A stretch of 64,000 bases of DNA from Candidatus Aenigmatarchaeota archaeon (GCA_039000165.1 JAWBTW010000002.1:3245-67244), one strand, 5' to 3'. Shown: positions 1 to 10,116, numbered from the stretch's first letter. Numbers and translations are program-made. Notes: a model not told the origin generated them from the letters alone.

Positions 1-889
1 TTTTGGTCTGCTTGGACCGAACGGAGCAGGAAAAACAACTTTTATTTCAATGCTTTGTACTCTATTGAAACCAACAAAAGGAACAGCAAAAGTTAACGGT
101 TTTGATATAATTAAAGAGCAAAGGAATGTTAGAAAATCTATAGGTATAGTTTTTCAAGACCCTAGCCTAGATAACAGATTAACAGCAAAAGAAAACTTAG
201 AAATGCATGCTCGCTTGTATAGCGTGCCAAAAGAAGAAAGAAAGAAGAGAATAGAAGAAGTTTTAAAATTAGTTGGACTTTATGAAAGAGCTAACGAGCT
301 TGTTAGAAATTATTCTGGAGGAATGAAAAGAAGGTTAGAAATAGCAAGGGGTTTGATACATTACCCAAAAGTTCTTTTTTTAGACGAGCCTACTTTAGGT
401 TTAGACCCTCAGACAAGAGAACACATTTGGGAATACATAAAGAAACTAGCTGAAAAAGAAAACATTACAATTTTACTAACAACTCATTACATGGAAGAAG
501 CTGATGCTTTGTGTGATAGAGTGGCTATAATGGATTATGGAGAAATAAAAGTTTTAGATACTCCTGAAAATTTGAAAAATAGTTTGGAAGGAGATGTCAT
601 AACCTTAGAAGTAAAAAATGCTGAAAAATTTTTGGAAAAAGTTAAAAAGTTAGATTCGATAAGGAAAGTTCAAGTTACAGAAAAGAAAATTAGTATGACC
701 GTTAAAAATGCTGAAAAGTTTACACCAAAGTTATTAGAATTTGCTAGGAAGAATAAATTTTTTGTCGAGTCTATAAGCATAAGAAAACCTAGCCTTGGAG
801 ACGTTTTTCTCCATTATACAGGAAGAGAAATCAGAGAAGAAACAGAAGAAAGCAAAGAAATGATGAAAAGGAGAGCGAGAATGATATGA
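1..889 (+). CDS. ABC transporter ATP-binding subunit (5'-truncated at window edge)
   Basis: The frame is already open at nt 1 inside the Walker A motif (FGLLGPNGAGKTT). It carries the ABC signature YSGGMKRR and Walker B LFLDEPT. Its stop overlaps the start of the downstream permease (ATGA). Confidence 0.85.
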   Translation, partial: FGLLGPNGAGKTTFISMLCTLLKPTKGTAKVNGFDIIKEQRNVRKSIGIVFQDPSLDNRLTAKENLEMHARLYSVPKEERKKRIEEVLKLVGLYERANELVRNYSGGMKRRLEIARGLIHYPKVLFLDEPTLGLDPQTREHIWEYIKKLAEKENITILLTTHYMEEADALCDRVAIMDYGEIKVLDTPENLKNSLEGDVITLEVKNAEKFLEKVKKLDSIRKVQVTEKKISMTVKNAEKFTPKLLEFARKNKFFVESISIRKPSLGDVFLHYTGREIREETEESKEMMKRRARMI

Positions 890-1629
890 GTGAGCTTGAA
901 GGAATTTACACAATATGGCTAAGAGAAATTAAAAGGTACTTGAGAGATAGAGCAAGAATTGTTAGTTCTATAGTTCAACCTTTGCTTTTCTTGGTTGTTT
1001 TGGGTGGTGGCTTTTCTTTTGTTAGGATAAGCGAGTTAAACTATCAAACTTTTTTGTTTCCTGGTATAGTTGTAATTTCCTTAGTTGGTGTTTCAATAGC
1101 TTCAGGAATTTCTGTTATATGGGATAGAGAATTTGGCTTTCTAAAGGAAATTCTCGTTTCTCCTATTTCAAGAACTTCCATATTTGCTGGAAAAGCTTTG
1201 GGAAGTTGTACAGTAGCTTTAATTCAAGGTATTATCATCCTAAGCCTATCATTTATCTTAGGAATTCATGTTACTTTCTACTCATTCTTAATTACCATAG
1301 CTCTAATGGCTGTAATTTCCTTAGGCTTAGTAAGTGTTGGTTTAATAATAGCTTCTTTGATAGAAACGATGGAAAGTTTTGGGTTGATAATGAATTTCAT
1401 AATATTTCCGTTAATTTTCTTAAGTGGTGCTTTTTTCCCTATACAAGAAGCTCCTGAGTGGCTTAAGTTTATCTCTTATTTAAACCCTTTAACTTATGGA
1501 GTAGAGGCTGTAAGGTTTATTTTAATCGGTTTATCTTCTATTCCATTTTATACAAGCTTAGTTGTTATTTGTACTTTTTCTTTTACCATGATTTTACTAG
1601 GTGGAGTTGCGTTTAGCAAGCAAAAATAA
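886..1629 (+). CDS. ABC-2 family transporter permease
   Basis: About six predicted TM helices. Translationally coupled to the upstream ATPase. Typical ABC-2 length of 247 aa. Confidence 0.7.
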   Translation: MSELEGIYTIWLREIKRYLRDRARIVSSIVQPLLFLVVLGGGFSFVRISELNYQTFLFPGIVVISLVGVSIASGISVIWDREFGFLKEILVSPISRTSIFAGKALGSCTVALIQGIIILSLSFILGIHVTFYSFLITIALMAVISLGLVSVGLIIASLIETMESFGLIMNFIIFPLIFLSGAFFPIQEAPEWLKFISYLNPLTYGVEAVRFILIGLSSIPFYTSLVVICTFSFTMILLGGVAFSKQK

Positions 1630-1639
1630 CTTTATTTGT

Positions 1640-2059
1640 TTAACTTTCTATTCTTATTTTCTTCGAAACAGAAGCCAAAAGTGTGTTGTTGTAAACAAGC
1701 TGTACGTTTATTTCATGTTCTCCAGGAGCAATTCCTGTACAAGCGCTACAATAAGGTGCTCTAAAATAAAAATCGAACAAATTTTCTCCTTTTCTCAAAT
1801 TAACAACCTGGTTTGAAGAAATATAGTCTCCATACCTTCCTTTAATTCCAAAAACTTTTATTTCCACATCTTCCAAATCCTTGGAAGAAAAGAATGAAAC
1901 ATTTACTTTAATTTCTTCGCCTTGAGTATAAGCTTCTTTATCAGTAAAGATTTCTAACTTGTTTTCAAATTTTTCGGTTAAATTTTCTTCTGGCTTTAAA
2001 AAATACACTAGCAAAAAGAGCGAAACAAAAAATAAAAGTATTGTAGCTAAGACTTTCAT
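1640..2059 (-). CDS. small secreted/membrane-anchored protein (N-terminal hydrophobic signal)
   Basis: The N-terminus MKVLATILLFFVSLFLLVYFL is signal-like. No recognisable domain. Confidence 0.4.
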   Translation of the reverse strand: MKVLATILLFFVSLFLLVYFLKPEENLTEKFENKLEIFTDKEAYTQGEEIKVNVSFFSSKDLEDVEIKVFGIKGRYGDYISSNQVVNLRKGENLFDFYFRAPYCSACTGIAPGEHEINVQLVYNNTLLASVSKKIRIES

Positions 2060-2064
2060 AAAAT

Positions 2065-3066
2065 TTATTTATCTTGAAGAGCTATTAAAGTTGGTTTTTC
2101 TTTTCTCAAAAAGCCTAAGCTACATTCTATATCTGTAAGCAAATCGCGTAAGTGATTTTCCAAACTTTTTTCTTCCTCTTTTTCCAGTTCACTCAACTTT
2201 TCATTTACACCAAGAGCTTCTGAAAAGTTTTCAAAAATTTTTAAGGATTTTTCATACAAATCCCTTAGCCCAAAATTTTTTAGAAGCTTGTTCAGAGGTT
2301 CCCAACTTAACTTGTACTCCCTAAAATTACTGTCAAAAGCTAAGGCTGACTTTAATTTCTCGTAATATTCTTCAATTTCGCTTACATCTTTTGGCTTTAC
2401 CAAAGCATACTCTCCTGACTCTAAGTAAAGGGAAAGAATCTCATCATAACCTAAAAATTTCTGGCTTAACTTTCTTAAAAATAAGCTCGGGTTACTTTCT
2501 CTGCTTATATTCTTTATAAGAACTCTTATAACTTTTTGATGAATTTTTTCAAGCTCAAGAGGTTTACCACTTATGCCAAAAGTTTGTATGGTTAGTTTCT
2601 TTACATTTTCCCAAAGCTCTTGACAAACCTTAAATCCTTCTAAGCTTCTGTAATCTTCGAAGCTTGATTTTATCTCATGATCAAAAACATAGCCTAAATT
2701 TTCCAAGTAGTTTAAAGTCGTTCTTTCGACCCACTTTCCTATCCCAGTAAAAACTTCTCTCGTTTCTTTTAAATTTTCATCTTCTCTAAAAGGGTTTTCA
2801 ACATTCTCAAGGTAGAACGCATAAGGCTGAAAAAAAGAAATTACACAAGCGCTATACTGTTTTAATCTTCTCTCATCCAAGCTGTAAGAATTTATAAAAA
2901 TTTTAAACTCTCTCTCGTCGAAGTAACCAAAAGTATTTTCAAACTCGCTATTACTTAAATCAGCAAGAATTACTTTTGAAGTATTGGTAAGAGAAAGAAT
3001 GCCTGAAGTAAATGAAAGAACATCATTCTTCACTTTATTTACTAGGTCTTCCGTAAAACTCACCAT
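2065..3066 (-). CDS. hypothetical protein
   Basis: Long ORF with coding-like composition and no motif recognised. Confidence 0.35.
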   Translation of the reverse strand: MVSFTEDLVNKVKNDVLSFTSGILSLTNTSKVILADLSNSEFENTFGYFDEREFKIFINSYSLDERRLKQYSACVISFFQPYAFYLENVENPFREDENLKETREVFTGIGKWVERTTLNYLENLGYVFDHEIKSSFEDYRSLEGFKVCQELWENVKKLTIQTFGISGKPLELEKIHQKVIRVLIKNISRESNPSLFLRKLSQKFLGYDEILSLYLESGEYALVKPKDVSEIEEYYEKLKSALAFDSNFREYKLSWEPLNKLLKNFGLRDLYEKSLKIFENFSEALGVNEKLSELEKEEEKSLENHLRDLLTDIECSLGFLRKEKPTLIALQDK

Positions 3067-4339
3067 CTATTTTACTTTTTGTTAGTTCTTCAATTTTATC
3101 CAAAAAATTTTTCTTTACTACTTCTTTCTCATCCAACTCAGGAACTTTTTCTTTCAACCTAAGATAGATAGAAGAAGCTAAACTTTTAATTTTTTCTTCC
3201 TCAGTTGCGAGTTTAAGCTTCAATACATACTCGTCTAAACCAAAAAAGCTTTTAGAATAGATTGGAGAAAGGATTGAAAGCAGACTTTCTACATAATTGA
3301 GAAACTTTAATTTATTTCCAACCAGATCTTTCCCTTTTTGGATTTCTCTTTCTGTTTCACTTAAACTTAAGCACAGTTTAATAATTTCCATCTCATTTTC
3401 TGGTACCCTTAAGAAATAAGTTATATTCAATAAATCCCATCTTTTAAGGAAGTGTGCAACTATCTTCATGCCCTCGTATCCATTGTAATTCTCTCCCTTT
3501 CTTCTAACCTCAGGTAAACAAACAAAAAATTCATCAAAAACTTCAGGTTTATCAGAAACAAAAATTCTAAAACCAGCTTGTGAGGAAGGAGCTGAATCGC
3601 TTCTTGGATTATCTGTCATAAAAATTGAAAACTTACTTTTGCACCTATAAAAATTTAAAAATTTTTCAAAAGCTTCGGCTTTCTTAAAGTTAAGTCTTGG
3701 TAAAATTATTCCTGTAAACCTATTGTTCTTGTCAAAATTGTAAACAGAACCGAAACAATTTTCTTTTAAAATTCCCAACCTTTCAGCTAAGTATCTCACA
3801 GCTTCTAAGTAAGCTCCAGAGTTAAGTCCTACAGAATAACCTAAGTCTTTGATTTCATTCAAACCTTCAAAAGAATAAGGAATTTTTTCAAATTCTTTTG
3901 CAGCATTTTTTGCAGCCTCGTTCAAATCTTCTTTTTTTAAGTTAAGCTCAGCTAACCTTTTGCCGAATTTTTTGACTAACTTTTTAATGTCTAATTCGCT
4001 TACGTTTAAAAAAGAAGAAACTTTGCCGATTTGACCCATGAGCTCTTTCAATTCGTTTATTTCTTTGCTTTGAAGTGGTAAGCCTTCCAACCATAACGTT
4101 GAAAGATTTTTTGAACCTTCTGGGTTAAGTGTATCATCAACGTCAAACATTATTGCTTTTAAAGAGTTTGAAAAAGTCCCACCCCAACTCTTTTCAATAA
4201 AAAATACAGAACTTAAACTTGGGTCAAAAAATAAGTCTTTCTCAAGATAAAGCTCGCTTAAGACTTTTTTATAATTTTCTCTTTCATTAAAACTTGAAAG
4301 GCTCTGCATTTTTCCACAAACTTTTGAGGTAAACATCAA
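3035..4339 (-). CDS. hypothetical protein with N-terminal HAD-like DxDxT motif
   Basis: IMFDVDDTLNP matches HAD motif I (hhhDxDxT). The rest is unassigned. The start may be an internal Met, since the first 50 nt overlap the TrmB gene. Confidence 0.35.
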   Translation of the reverse strand: MMFTSKVCGKMQSLSSFNERENYKKVLSELYLEKDLFFDPSLSSVFFIEKSWGGTFSNSLKAIMFDVDDTLNPEGSKNLSTLWLEGLPLQSKEINELKELMGQIGKVSSFLNVSELDIKKLVKKFGKRLAELNLKKEDLNEAAKNAAKEFEKIPYSFEGLNEIKDLGYSVGLNSGAYLEAVRYLAERLGILKENCFGSVYNFDKNNRFTGIILPRLNFKKAEAFEKFLNFYRCKSKFSIFMTDNPRSDSAPSSQAGFRIFVSDKPEVFDEFFVCLPEVRRKGENYNGYEGMKIVAHFLKRWDLLNITYFLRVPENEMEIIKLCLSLSETEREIQKGKDLVGNKLKFLNYVESLLSILSPIYSKSFFGLDEYVLKLKLATEEEKIKSLASSIYLRLKEKVPELDEKEVVKKNFLDKIEELTKSKIDGEFYGRPSK

Positions 4340-5075
4340 AAACTTTAACTAAGGAGGCATCACTAGACCATACTGAAGTAAACCTAAAACTTTCTTTTTT
4401 CATTTCGGTATCAAGTCTTAGCAAAATTTCCCTACCATCTATATCAATCATTCTTGGGTGCAAATTTGTCTTAAAAACTCTTATCTCTACTCCATGATCG
4501 TTAAACCATTTTGCTCTTCTGTAGTTTGACTCGTTTATTCCCCCTATCGCAATAGTTCTAATTTTTACTCCTCTTCTTATACAAGAATCAACAGCCTCAG
4601 CAAGGTTAGAAGTCCAAGAAAAATCTCTGCTTACAACATAAGCATAACTTTTTGCTCTATCAAACATATCACAAAGCCTATCTATGAAATCTTTCCATCC
4701 TTTTCCTTGAGAAGTCCAGATTCCATTCAAAACTTGACTCTCAATTCTTGGCTTAAGAATAAAAGAAATTTTTTCTACTTTTTCTTTAGCTTCTCTTATT
4801 TTTCTTTCGTTCTCTTCTATTAAATTTCTAAGCGAAACTTCTGGACTAACTGCCTTAAATTCTTTCGGTCTTATACTATAAACTTCTACCAATTGCCTTT
4901 CGGCTAGCCTCTCAAGAACTTCATAAATTTTTGATTGAGGAACTTTTGACTCTCTACTTATCTCACTTGCTTTAGAAGGACCAAGAAAAACTAAAGCGGA
5001 ATAAACTTTGGCTTCATAATCGTTCATACCAAAGTTTTTAAGTAAATTCACAAGTTCTTCGCTACTTATCTCCAC
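4287..5075 (-). CDS. TrmB-family transcriptional regulator
   Basis: N-terminal wHTH (NDYEAKVYSALVFLGPSKASEISRESKVPQSKIYEVLERL), typical of TrmB, plus a C-terminal effector-like domain. Confidence 0.65.
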   Translation of the reverse strand: MEISSEELVNLLKNFGMNDYEAKVYSALVFLGPSKASEISRESKVPQSKIYEVLERLAERQLVEVYSIRPKEFKAVSPEVSLRNLIEENERKIREAKEKVEKISFILKPRIESQVLNGIWTSQGKGWKDFIDRLCDMFDRAKSYAYVVSRDFSWTSNLAEAVDSCIRRGVKIRTIAIGGINESNYRRAKWFNDHGVEIRVFKTNLHPRMIDIDGREILLRLDTEMKKESFRFTSVWSSDASLVKVFDVYLKSLWKNAEPFKF

Positions 5076-5118
5076 AAATTAAAAGTAAACTCAAGAATAT
5101 AAAAATCTTTTGAATTTT

Positions 5119-5167
5119 ACCACTTGAGTGGTGAATCTAAGAAAACTACAGAAGTGGTAAATTCCAC
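5119..5167. promoter_or_regulatory. two inverted repeats (ACCACTTGAGTGGT and GTGGTAAATTCCAC) in the divergent promoter region between the TrmB-family gene and gene 5236
   Basis: Palindromes seen directly in the sequence. Candidate operator for the adjacent TrmB-like regulator. Confidence 0.35.
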
Positions 5168-5235
5168 GAGTTTTTGTCAAACTATAGTACCATAACTATA
5201 TCATACTTCTTCTTTCAAGCTTAAGTCGTGAGAAA

Positions 5236-5538
5236 ATGAAAGTTGTCAAATTTTTGAAAGGCTACTTTAAACCTTTACCATTATTGGGTGGACTTCTTGG
5301 GTCTGGAGCACTTTACTGGGCAGGTTTTTGTGTGGGCTTTTTGAAAGAAAGTATACCAAACCTTTTACCAAGTTTGGCTAGCGGAAACTATCATCAACTT
5401 TTTTATAATTCCTTTCAAACTGCTTACAACTACGCTGCCCAACTTGGCTTGATTGGGGGAATAAGCGGAACCATTCTCACAAGACATGGTTTGGATTATC
5501 TTGGCAAAAAAATTTGGAAGAAAAAGGAGGTGAAATAA
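5236..5538 (+). CDS. small membrane protein (Gly-rich TM segments)
   Basis: ORF with hydrophobic glycine-zipper-like stretches. First of four co-directional small genes. Confidence 0.35.
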   Translation: MKVVKFLKGYFKPLPLLGGLLGSGALYWAGFCVGFLKESIPNLLPSLASGNYHQLFYNSFQTAYNYAAQLGLIGGISGTILTRHGLDYLGKKIWKKKEVK

Positions 5539-5843
5539 TGGGAATAATTGATTGGTTAAAAACTCCTGAAGGAGCTTTTGTTATTGCTTTGCCTATAGGC
5601 TACTTTGGAGGGAAATGGCTAGAAGGAAAAATTACAGATTACTTACAAAAAAACAGAGAAGTGATGAGAGAAAATATAAAACAGGCTATAAGAGAAGGTT
5701 TAAGTGGTAACCCTGAACCAACCTATTCTTTAATCACGAAAGAAATCCAAAAATTGGAAAACAAACTTGAAAACTTGATTTTAAGCCAATACCAAGAGCT
5801 TAGCTCAAGAATTTCGAAACTTGAAAAATATAAGAAAGAGTGA
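5514..5843 (+). CDS. small membrane/coiled-coil protein
   Basis: One TM segment followed by a coiled-coil-like tail. Overlaps its neighbours. Confidence 0.3.
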   Translation: MEEKGGEIMGIIDWLKTPEGAFVIALPIGYFGGKWLEGKITDYLQKNREVMRENIKQAIREGLSGNPEPTYSLITKEIQKLENKLENLILSQYQELSSRISKLEKYKKE

Positions 5844-6205
5844 TAAAATTGAACAAAAACTTGAAAGATCTAGAAAAAACTCTTTATGTTTTTTCTAGGA
5901 TAAAGGAAATTTTGCCCCAAGTAATAAAAGAATTTGAAGAAGATAAGACAAACTATAACCTAACAGAAGATTTCAAGAAAAACTTTGACTTTTCTTTAGA
6001 TGGCTTTATTGATTTTTTCTTCCCGAATAGCGAAGTTAGCAATTATCTGAAAGCTATGAAAAATGTAGAATGGCCTATTGCCATAAAATTCCTTTCACAA
6101 TTTCTTGAAGGCTATCTAGAAGCTAAGTACAGCAAAGAAAAAACTGTAGAAGAAGTTGTTAAGGACTTTATTGTTAGAAAATTTTTTGATTACATAAAGG
6201 GATAA
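5840..6205 (+). CDS. hypothetical protein
   Basis: Start overlaps the upstream stop by 4 nt. No motif. Confidence 0.3.
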   Translation: MIKLNKNLKDLEKTLYVFSRIKEILPQVIKEFEEDKTNYNLTEDFKKNFDFSLDGFIDFFFPNSEVSNYLKAMKNVEWPIAIKFLSQFLEGYLEAKYSKEKTVEEVVKDFIVRKFFDYIKG

Positions 6206-6207
6206 AG

Positions 6208-6600
6208 TTGAATTTCTTTAAAGAGCTAAGTTACGAAGAAGAATTAATTAAGTTAAGATTAACCGATAACCTAATCAAATACTATCAAGAAAACCCAGAA
6301 AAAAGAGAAGAAGTAGTTAACAAACTTAAATCGCTTAGGAATAAAATAGTGAGCGATGACGAGATTAGAAGCTTCTACAAAGAAAACTTTCTAGCATGGA
6401 TAGAAAAAAATATTAAACGCTTAGAAAACGATAAAAACTTAAGCCTTTTAGAGTTTGGCATTCCGTTCTTCACTTTTCTCCTCGGTTTTGAAACAAGAGA
6501 TAAGCTTGGGAATTTTCTCGAGAAGTATAACAGAGAAATTGCTGCAGATGTTGCTCAAACTATAAAGGAAGAATTAGGTAGAAAGTATGGACAAAGGTGA
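6208..6600 (+). CDS. hypothetical protein
   Basis: Co-directional small ORF. No motif. Confidence 0.3.
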   Translation: MNFFKELSYEEELIKLRLTDNLIKYYQENPEKREEVVNKLKSLRNKIVSDDEIRSFYKENFLAWIEKNIKRLENDKNLSLLEFGIPFFTFLLGFETRDKLGNFLEKYNREIAADVAQTIKEELGRKYGQR

Positions 6601-7051
6601 AAAGTTCGAAATCTTAATCGAAAAACTCTACAGAAAAATGGGCTATAAAGTTGAGAGAAGAAAAGTTTTAAGAGGAATGAGCGGAGCTTATCATGAAATT
6701 GACTTATACGCTTACAAAAATTTTTTGAGCAAAAAAATAGCAATAGAGTGCAAATGGAGAGAAAACTTAGAAGTTGGTAAAAAAGAACTTGCGAACTTTT
6801 TCTTAGTTTTACAAGACACAAAAATTAAAGAAGGGCATATGGTAACAAACTCTTTCTACTCTAAACAAGCAAAAGTTTTGGCAAAAAGTTATGGGATAAA
6901 ACTTATTGATGGGGGAATGCTGAAAAAACTCTTGAAGAAATATTCGCTAGATGCTGAGCTTCCCTTACAAGACTTTTCCTTCACAAAAATTTTAGAGAGT
7001 TTAATTTTTCCTGCGATTGATTTTCTTAACTACAACGGAATAATCTACTAA
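6587..7051 (+). CDS. Mrr-like restriction-endonuclease-fold (PD-(D/E)xK) domain protein
   Basis: YHEIDLYAY...IAIECKWRE matches the Mrr_cat D...(E/D)xK pattern. A paralogous domain occurs in gene 19361. Confidence 0.5.
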   Translation: MDKGEKFEILIEKLYRKMGYKVERRKVLRGMSGAYHEIDLYAYKNFLSKKIAIECKWRENLEVGKKELANFFLVLQDTKIKEGHMVTNSFYSKQAKVLAKSYGIKLIDGGMLKKLLKKYSLDAELPLQDFSFTKILESLIFPAIDFLNYNGIIY

Positions 7052-7482
7052 GCAATACTTTTGAAAGACTCTTCTAAACTTTCTATCTTTTTCTTTATAA
7101 CATTCATTTGTTTTTGGACTTCTGACTTTCTCTGAAGCAAAGCTGCTTTTTTCTCTTCTAACGTTTTAATCGACTGTTCTACTTTTGCTTTTTCGTTTCT
7201 TAATTTTTTTAGCTCTTCTAGCGTTTGATTCAAGTTTTTAAGTATGTCAGAAGAAAGTTCTTTTTCCAATTTTTTCCCTGTTTCTTTCAGAACTTTTATT
7301 TGCTTTTTTATTTCCTTAACAAAAGTTTCCATACCTTTTATTTTTTCTACTTTTGGTTTAGCCACTTTCTTCTTCTCTTTTTTCTTCTCTGTTTTTTTAA
7401 CTTCTGCTTTCTTTTCTTCTTTAACCTCTATTTTTTCTTCTTTCTCCTCCTTTTTTAAGGAAGGAGCTGGAATTTCAAACAT
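7048..7482 (-). CDS. Lys/Glu-rich coiled-coil protein
   Basis: Highly charged heptad-like sequence. Overlaps the upstream membrane protein gene by 8 nt. Confidence 0.4.
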   Translation of the reverse strand: MFEIPAPSLKKEEKEEKIEVKEEKKAEVKKTEKKKEKKKVAKPKVEKIKGMETFVKEIKKQIKVLKETGKKLEKELSSDILKNLNQTLEELKKLRNEKAKVEQSIKTLEEKKAALLQRKSEVQKQMNVIKKKIESLEESFKSIA

Positions 7483-8929
7483 TTTTCACCTCCTTAATCT
7501 CCAGATACTTTCTTCCATCCTCTTCTTTAACTACAGCTTCAACCCAATAAGTGCCTCTATCAATTAGTTTATCATAAGTTCCGTAAATTATTGCACTATC
7601 ATCTTCTAACTTGTAAATATGAGGAATTCCGATAGCATGAAGTGCAACGCTAGCTTTTACTCTTACTATATCTCCAACGTTAAACTTCTTAACTATATCT
7701 TCTATTTTCTTTACTTTTATTTTCTTTGGAACAGCCAACTTAAGAACTTCAGGCTTAACTTCCACTTTTGGAACTTCAAGCCTAACCTCTTCAGGTTTAA
7801 TTTCAGGTTTGGTTGGCTTTTCTTCTAGCACAACTTTTTCCTTCAAAGCCTCTTCTGGCCTGACAATTCTCGGTTTTTCCTCTTCCTCTTTTGGTCTTGG
7901 TGGTTTTGGCTTTGGAAGTTTTATCGGCTTAAAAACAACTTTTTGCTTAACAAAAATTCCTATCAAAGCAATTGCTAGAGCAATTACTACTCCTAAGTAA
8001 ATGAAAGTGAAATCCAAAGCTCTTTCTACTTCGCAACTTCTTTTTTCAACTATTGGCAAGCAAACATAACCAGTTTCATTCCCGCAAACGTACCTTATTC
8101 TGCTTTGCTCATTATTCACGCAAGCAGTCCAATCAGTATCGGAAGGACAAAGAGGACAAGAGGGAATTGGTATAGCCACTTCTTCTTTGTAAGTTCCTAT
8201 TGAAAATAAACTTAAACCCCAACATTGTGAATAGTAATAATAGTAATCAGAATCTTCGTGAATTAGCATTGTAAAAAGTTTTTCCCAACTTTTTTCCTTG
8301 AATTTAAACATAGAAATAATAGAAGCGTTATTTATTCCTTTTTCTCTGAACCAACTCTTTTCAACCTTGAACTTAAACTTTAGCCTGAAAATATCTTGAG
8401 AACTTGAAATAATTTGAATGTAAGTGTAATCGTTTTCGGAAGAAGAGTTAACGTAAGCTGGTTTTTCAAAAAGTCTTTCTATAGTAAGGTTAAGCTCGTT
8501 CAAGTTTGTTTTTGTTTCGACTATTAGAGCAATTATGCTTAGACTTTTTTCAGAAGGAATTTCAACATAAACTGGAATAAAAGAGGAGAGATTTTTAAGG
8601 ACTAAGGAAAAATTGTAAGGCGAAATTGAAATGTTGGGAGGAATATAAATTGTTGGTCCTCCGCCTCCTGGTGGACCTGGGCAAATACCACAGTCTTGTG
8701 GACAATTGCTACAAGTTTCTCCATTTTCACAAACCTCATTGCCACACACATTTGGTTCGAAAACTTTAACGTTTATAGGTGTTTGACCTGAATGAAAAAG
8801 TTGAGCGTAAACTGAAGATGGTACTGTAAGAAATAGTATCAAGAAAAACAAAATGGTTTTTTTCATAATTATATTTTCTCCTTTGAGGTTAAAATAATTA
8901 AAAAACCAAAACGCATATAAGCTACTCAT
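7475..8929 (-). CDS. single-pass membrane protein with Cys-rich extracellular domain and Pro/Lys/Glu-rich cytoplasmic tail
   Basis: Signal peptide, a Cys cluster (CGNEVCENGETCSNCPQDCGICPG), a TM segment at about aa 310-330, KPE repeats and a roughly 75-aa C-terminal domain. Confidence 0.5.
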   Translation of the reverse strand: MSSLYAFWFFNYFNLKGENIIMKKTILFFLILFLTVPSSVYAQLFHSGQTPINVKVFEPNVCGNEVCENGETCSNCPQDCGICPGPPGGGGPTIYIPPNISISPYNFSLVLKNLSSFIPVYVEIPSEKSLSIIALIVETKTNLNELNLTIERLFEKPAYVNSSSENDYTYIQIISSSQDIFRLKFKFKVEKSWFREKGINNASIISMFKFKEKSWEKLFTMLIHEDSDYYYYYSQCWGLSLFSIGTYKEEVAIPIPSCPLCPSDTDWTACVNNEQSRIRYVCGNETGYVCLPIVEKRSCEVERALDFTFIYLGVVIALAIALIGIFVKQKVVFKPIKLPKPKPPRPKEEEEKPRIVRPEEALKEKVVLEEKPTKPEIKPEEVRLEVPKVEVKPEVLKLAVPKKIKVKKIEDIVKKFNVGDIVRVKASVALHAIGIPHIYKLEDDSAIIYGTYDKLIDRGTYWVEAVVKEEDGRKYLEIKEVKNV

Positions 8930-8943
8930 TCGAATTATAAAAA

Positions 8944-9534
8944 GTGAGAGATGTTAAAAAGTCTATTTTTTTACTATTAACTTTCTTTTCTTTAATAAGT
9001 TATCCAGCAAAAGCAGGGCTAATGGTTGTTAAAGGAAGTTTACAACTTAAACCCTTAGATTCCATAGAAGTTTGTGATGCTGCTTGCGTGTTCTCAACCT
9101 ATTCTTCTCCAATAAGTTGTAGAGTAGAAGGAAGTAAAGAAATAAATAAATTTTTAGAACCTTTAGAGTCTTTTCAGTTAACCGAAAATATTCTGGATTG
9201 TCCTTCGGAGCCTGAAGCAAGAAGGGAATGTATAGCTTCAAATTGCTCTTTAACTTCAAACAAAGCAAGGCTTGTTTGCTTAAAGTTTAAGGGTCCTCTT
9301 GAGTTCACTTTCAAGCCTAGCTTTGAACTTTACCCAGAAAAAATAGAATACAGAGGGGCTATAAAAGCAGTTTGTCAGGCTGGAGCTGCCACAACAGTAG
9401 AGCCTTTAGATTTTTGGGTTAATTTCTATCCATTAAATTTATTCCCACTACTTTTAGGAATATGTACAATTGTTTTAGTGTTAATTCTACTATTCTTTTT
9501 AGTAAAAAAAGGTAAAGTAAAAATTGTTCCTTAA
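8944..9534 (+). CDS. secreted protein with C-terminal TM anchor
   Basis: Signal peptide ending AKA, Cys-containing ectodomain, C-terminal hydrophobic anchor plus a basic tail. Confidence 0.45.
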   Translation: MRDVKKSIFLLLTFFSLISYPAKAGLMVVKGSLQLKPLDSIEVCDAACVFSTYSSPISCRVEGSKEINKFLEPLESFQLTENILDCPSEPEARRECIASNCSLTSNKARLVCLKFKGPLEFTFKPSFELYPEKIEYRGAIKAVCQAGAATTVEPLDFWVNFYPLNLFPLLLGICTIVLVLILLFFLVKKGKVKIVP

Positions 9535-9540
9535 GTTATC

Positions 9541-10116
9541 TTACTCACAAATAGCGTTTCCTGCTGTTGCGTTGACACAGTACCAATATGTAGTCTCGTA
9601 AGTTCCGCTTGGAATTCCTGCAGGCACATCTAACCAAAACGCTAAGTAACAAGCATCGTTTTGGTTAAGTCCATGACAAGGTGTAGAAGCTCCACCGATA
9701 GGCTCATAGGTAGTTGTTAATGGATAGTTCCCATCTGTGTTGTAAAGATTTTCTCCGCTTTGAGTGGTATTTGCTTCGTGTGTCAGATTGCCCAAACCTA
9801 TCTTGTAGGTATTAAAGGATAAATCTCCGGTAGCTTTATGCCACAGGTTCACAGGACTTGTAGCGGCAGTAATAGTGATAGAATAATTTGTTGGTGTTCC
9901 AGAATTACCAATAGCTTTATTGTTGTTTGTGCCAGGAGAAACTTGACCGAACCTTATTCCGCCTCCAAGCTCGGGAGATAAGGTTATCGAAATGATTTGG
10001 CCTACTGTTGCATTTATTTTTACACTACTTGAATATACGTCGGATTTTACTGCATAAGCTAGTACCAGAAATACAATTGCTGGAATAATATATCTAAGTT
10101 TTATTTCTACTACCAT
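9541..10116 (-). CDS. secreted Cys-containing surface protein (paralogue of 10161)
   Basis: N-terminal TM/signal, many N-x-S/T sequons. The C-terminal module CYLAFWLDVP...YWYCVNATAGNAICE is shared with the next gene. Confidence 0.45.
   Translation of the reverse strand: MVVEIKLRYIIPAIVFLVLAYAVKSDVYSSSVKINATVGQIISITLSPELGGGIRFGQVSPGTNNNKAIGNSGTPTNYSITITAATSPVNLWHKATGDLSFNTYKIGLGNLTHEANTTQSGENLYNTDGNYPLTTTYEPIGGASTPCHGLNQNDACYLAFWLDVPAGIPSGTYETTYWYCVNATAGNAICE

Noticed and set aside
1206-1816. Internal or overlapping ORFs 1206-1457 and 1601-1816 on the + strand.
   Set aside because: Alternative frames inside and after the ABC-2 permease gene, with low-complexity translations and no independent support.
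7225-7567. Two F/L-rich ORFs on the + strand (7225-7458, 7244-7567).
   Set aside because: Mirror-frame artefacts of the Lys/Glu-rich gene on the opposite strand (AAA/GAA repeats read as TTT/TTC). No coding signal of their own.
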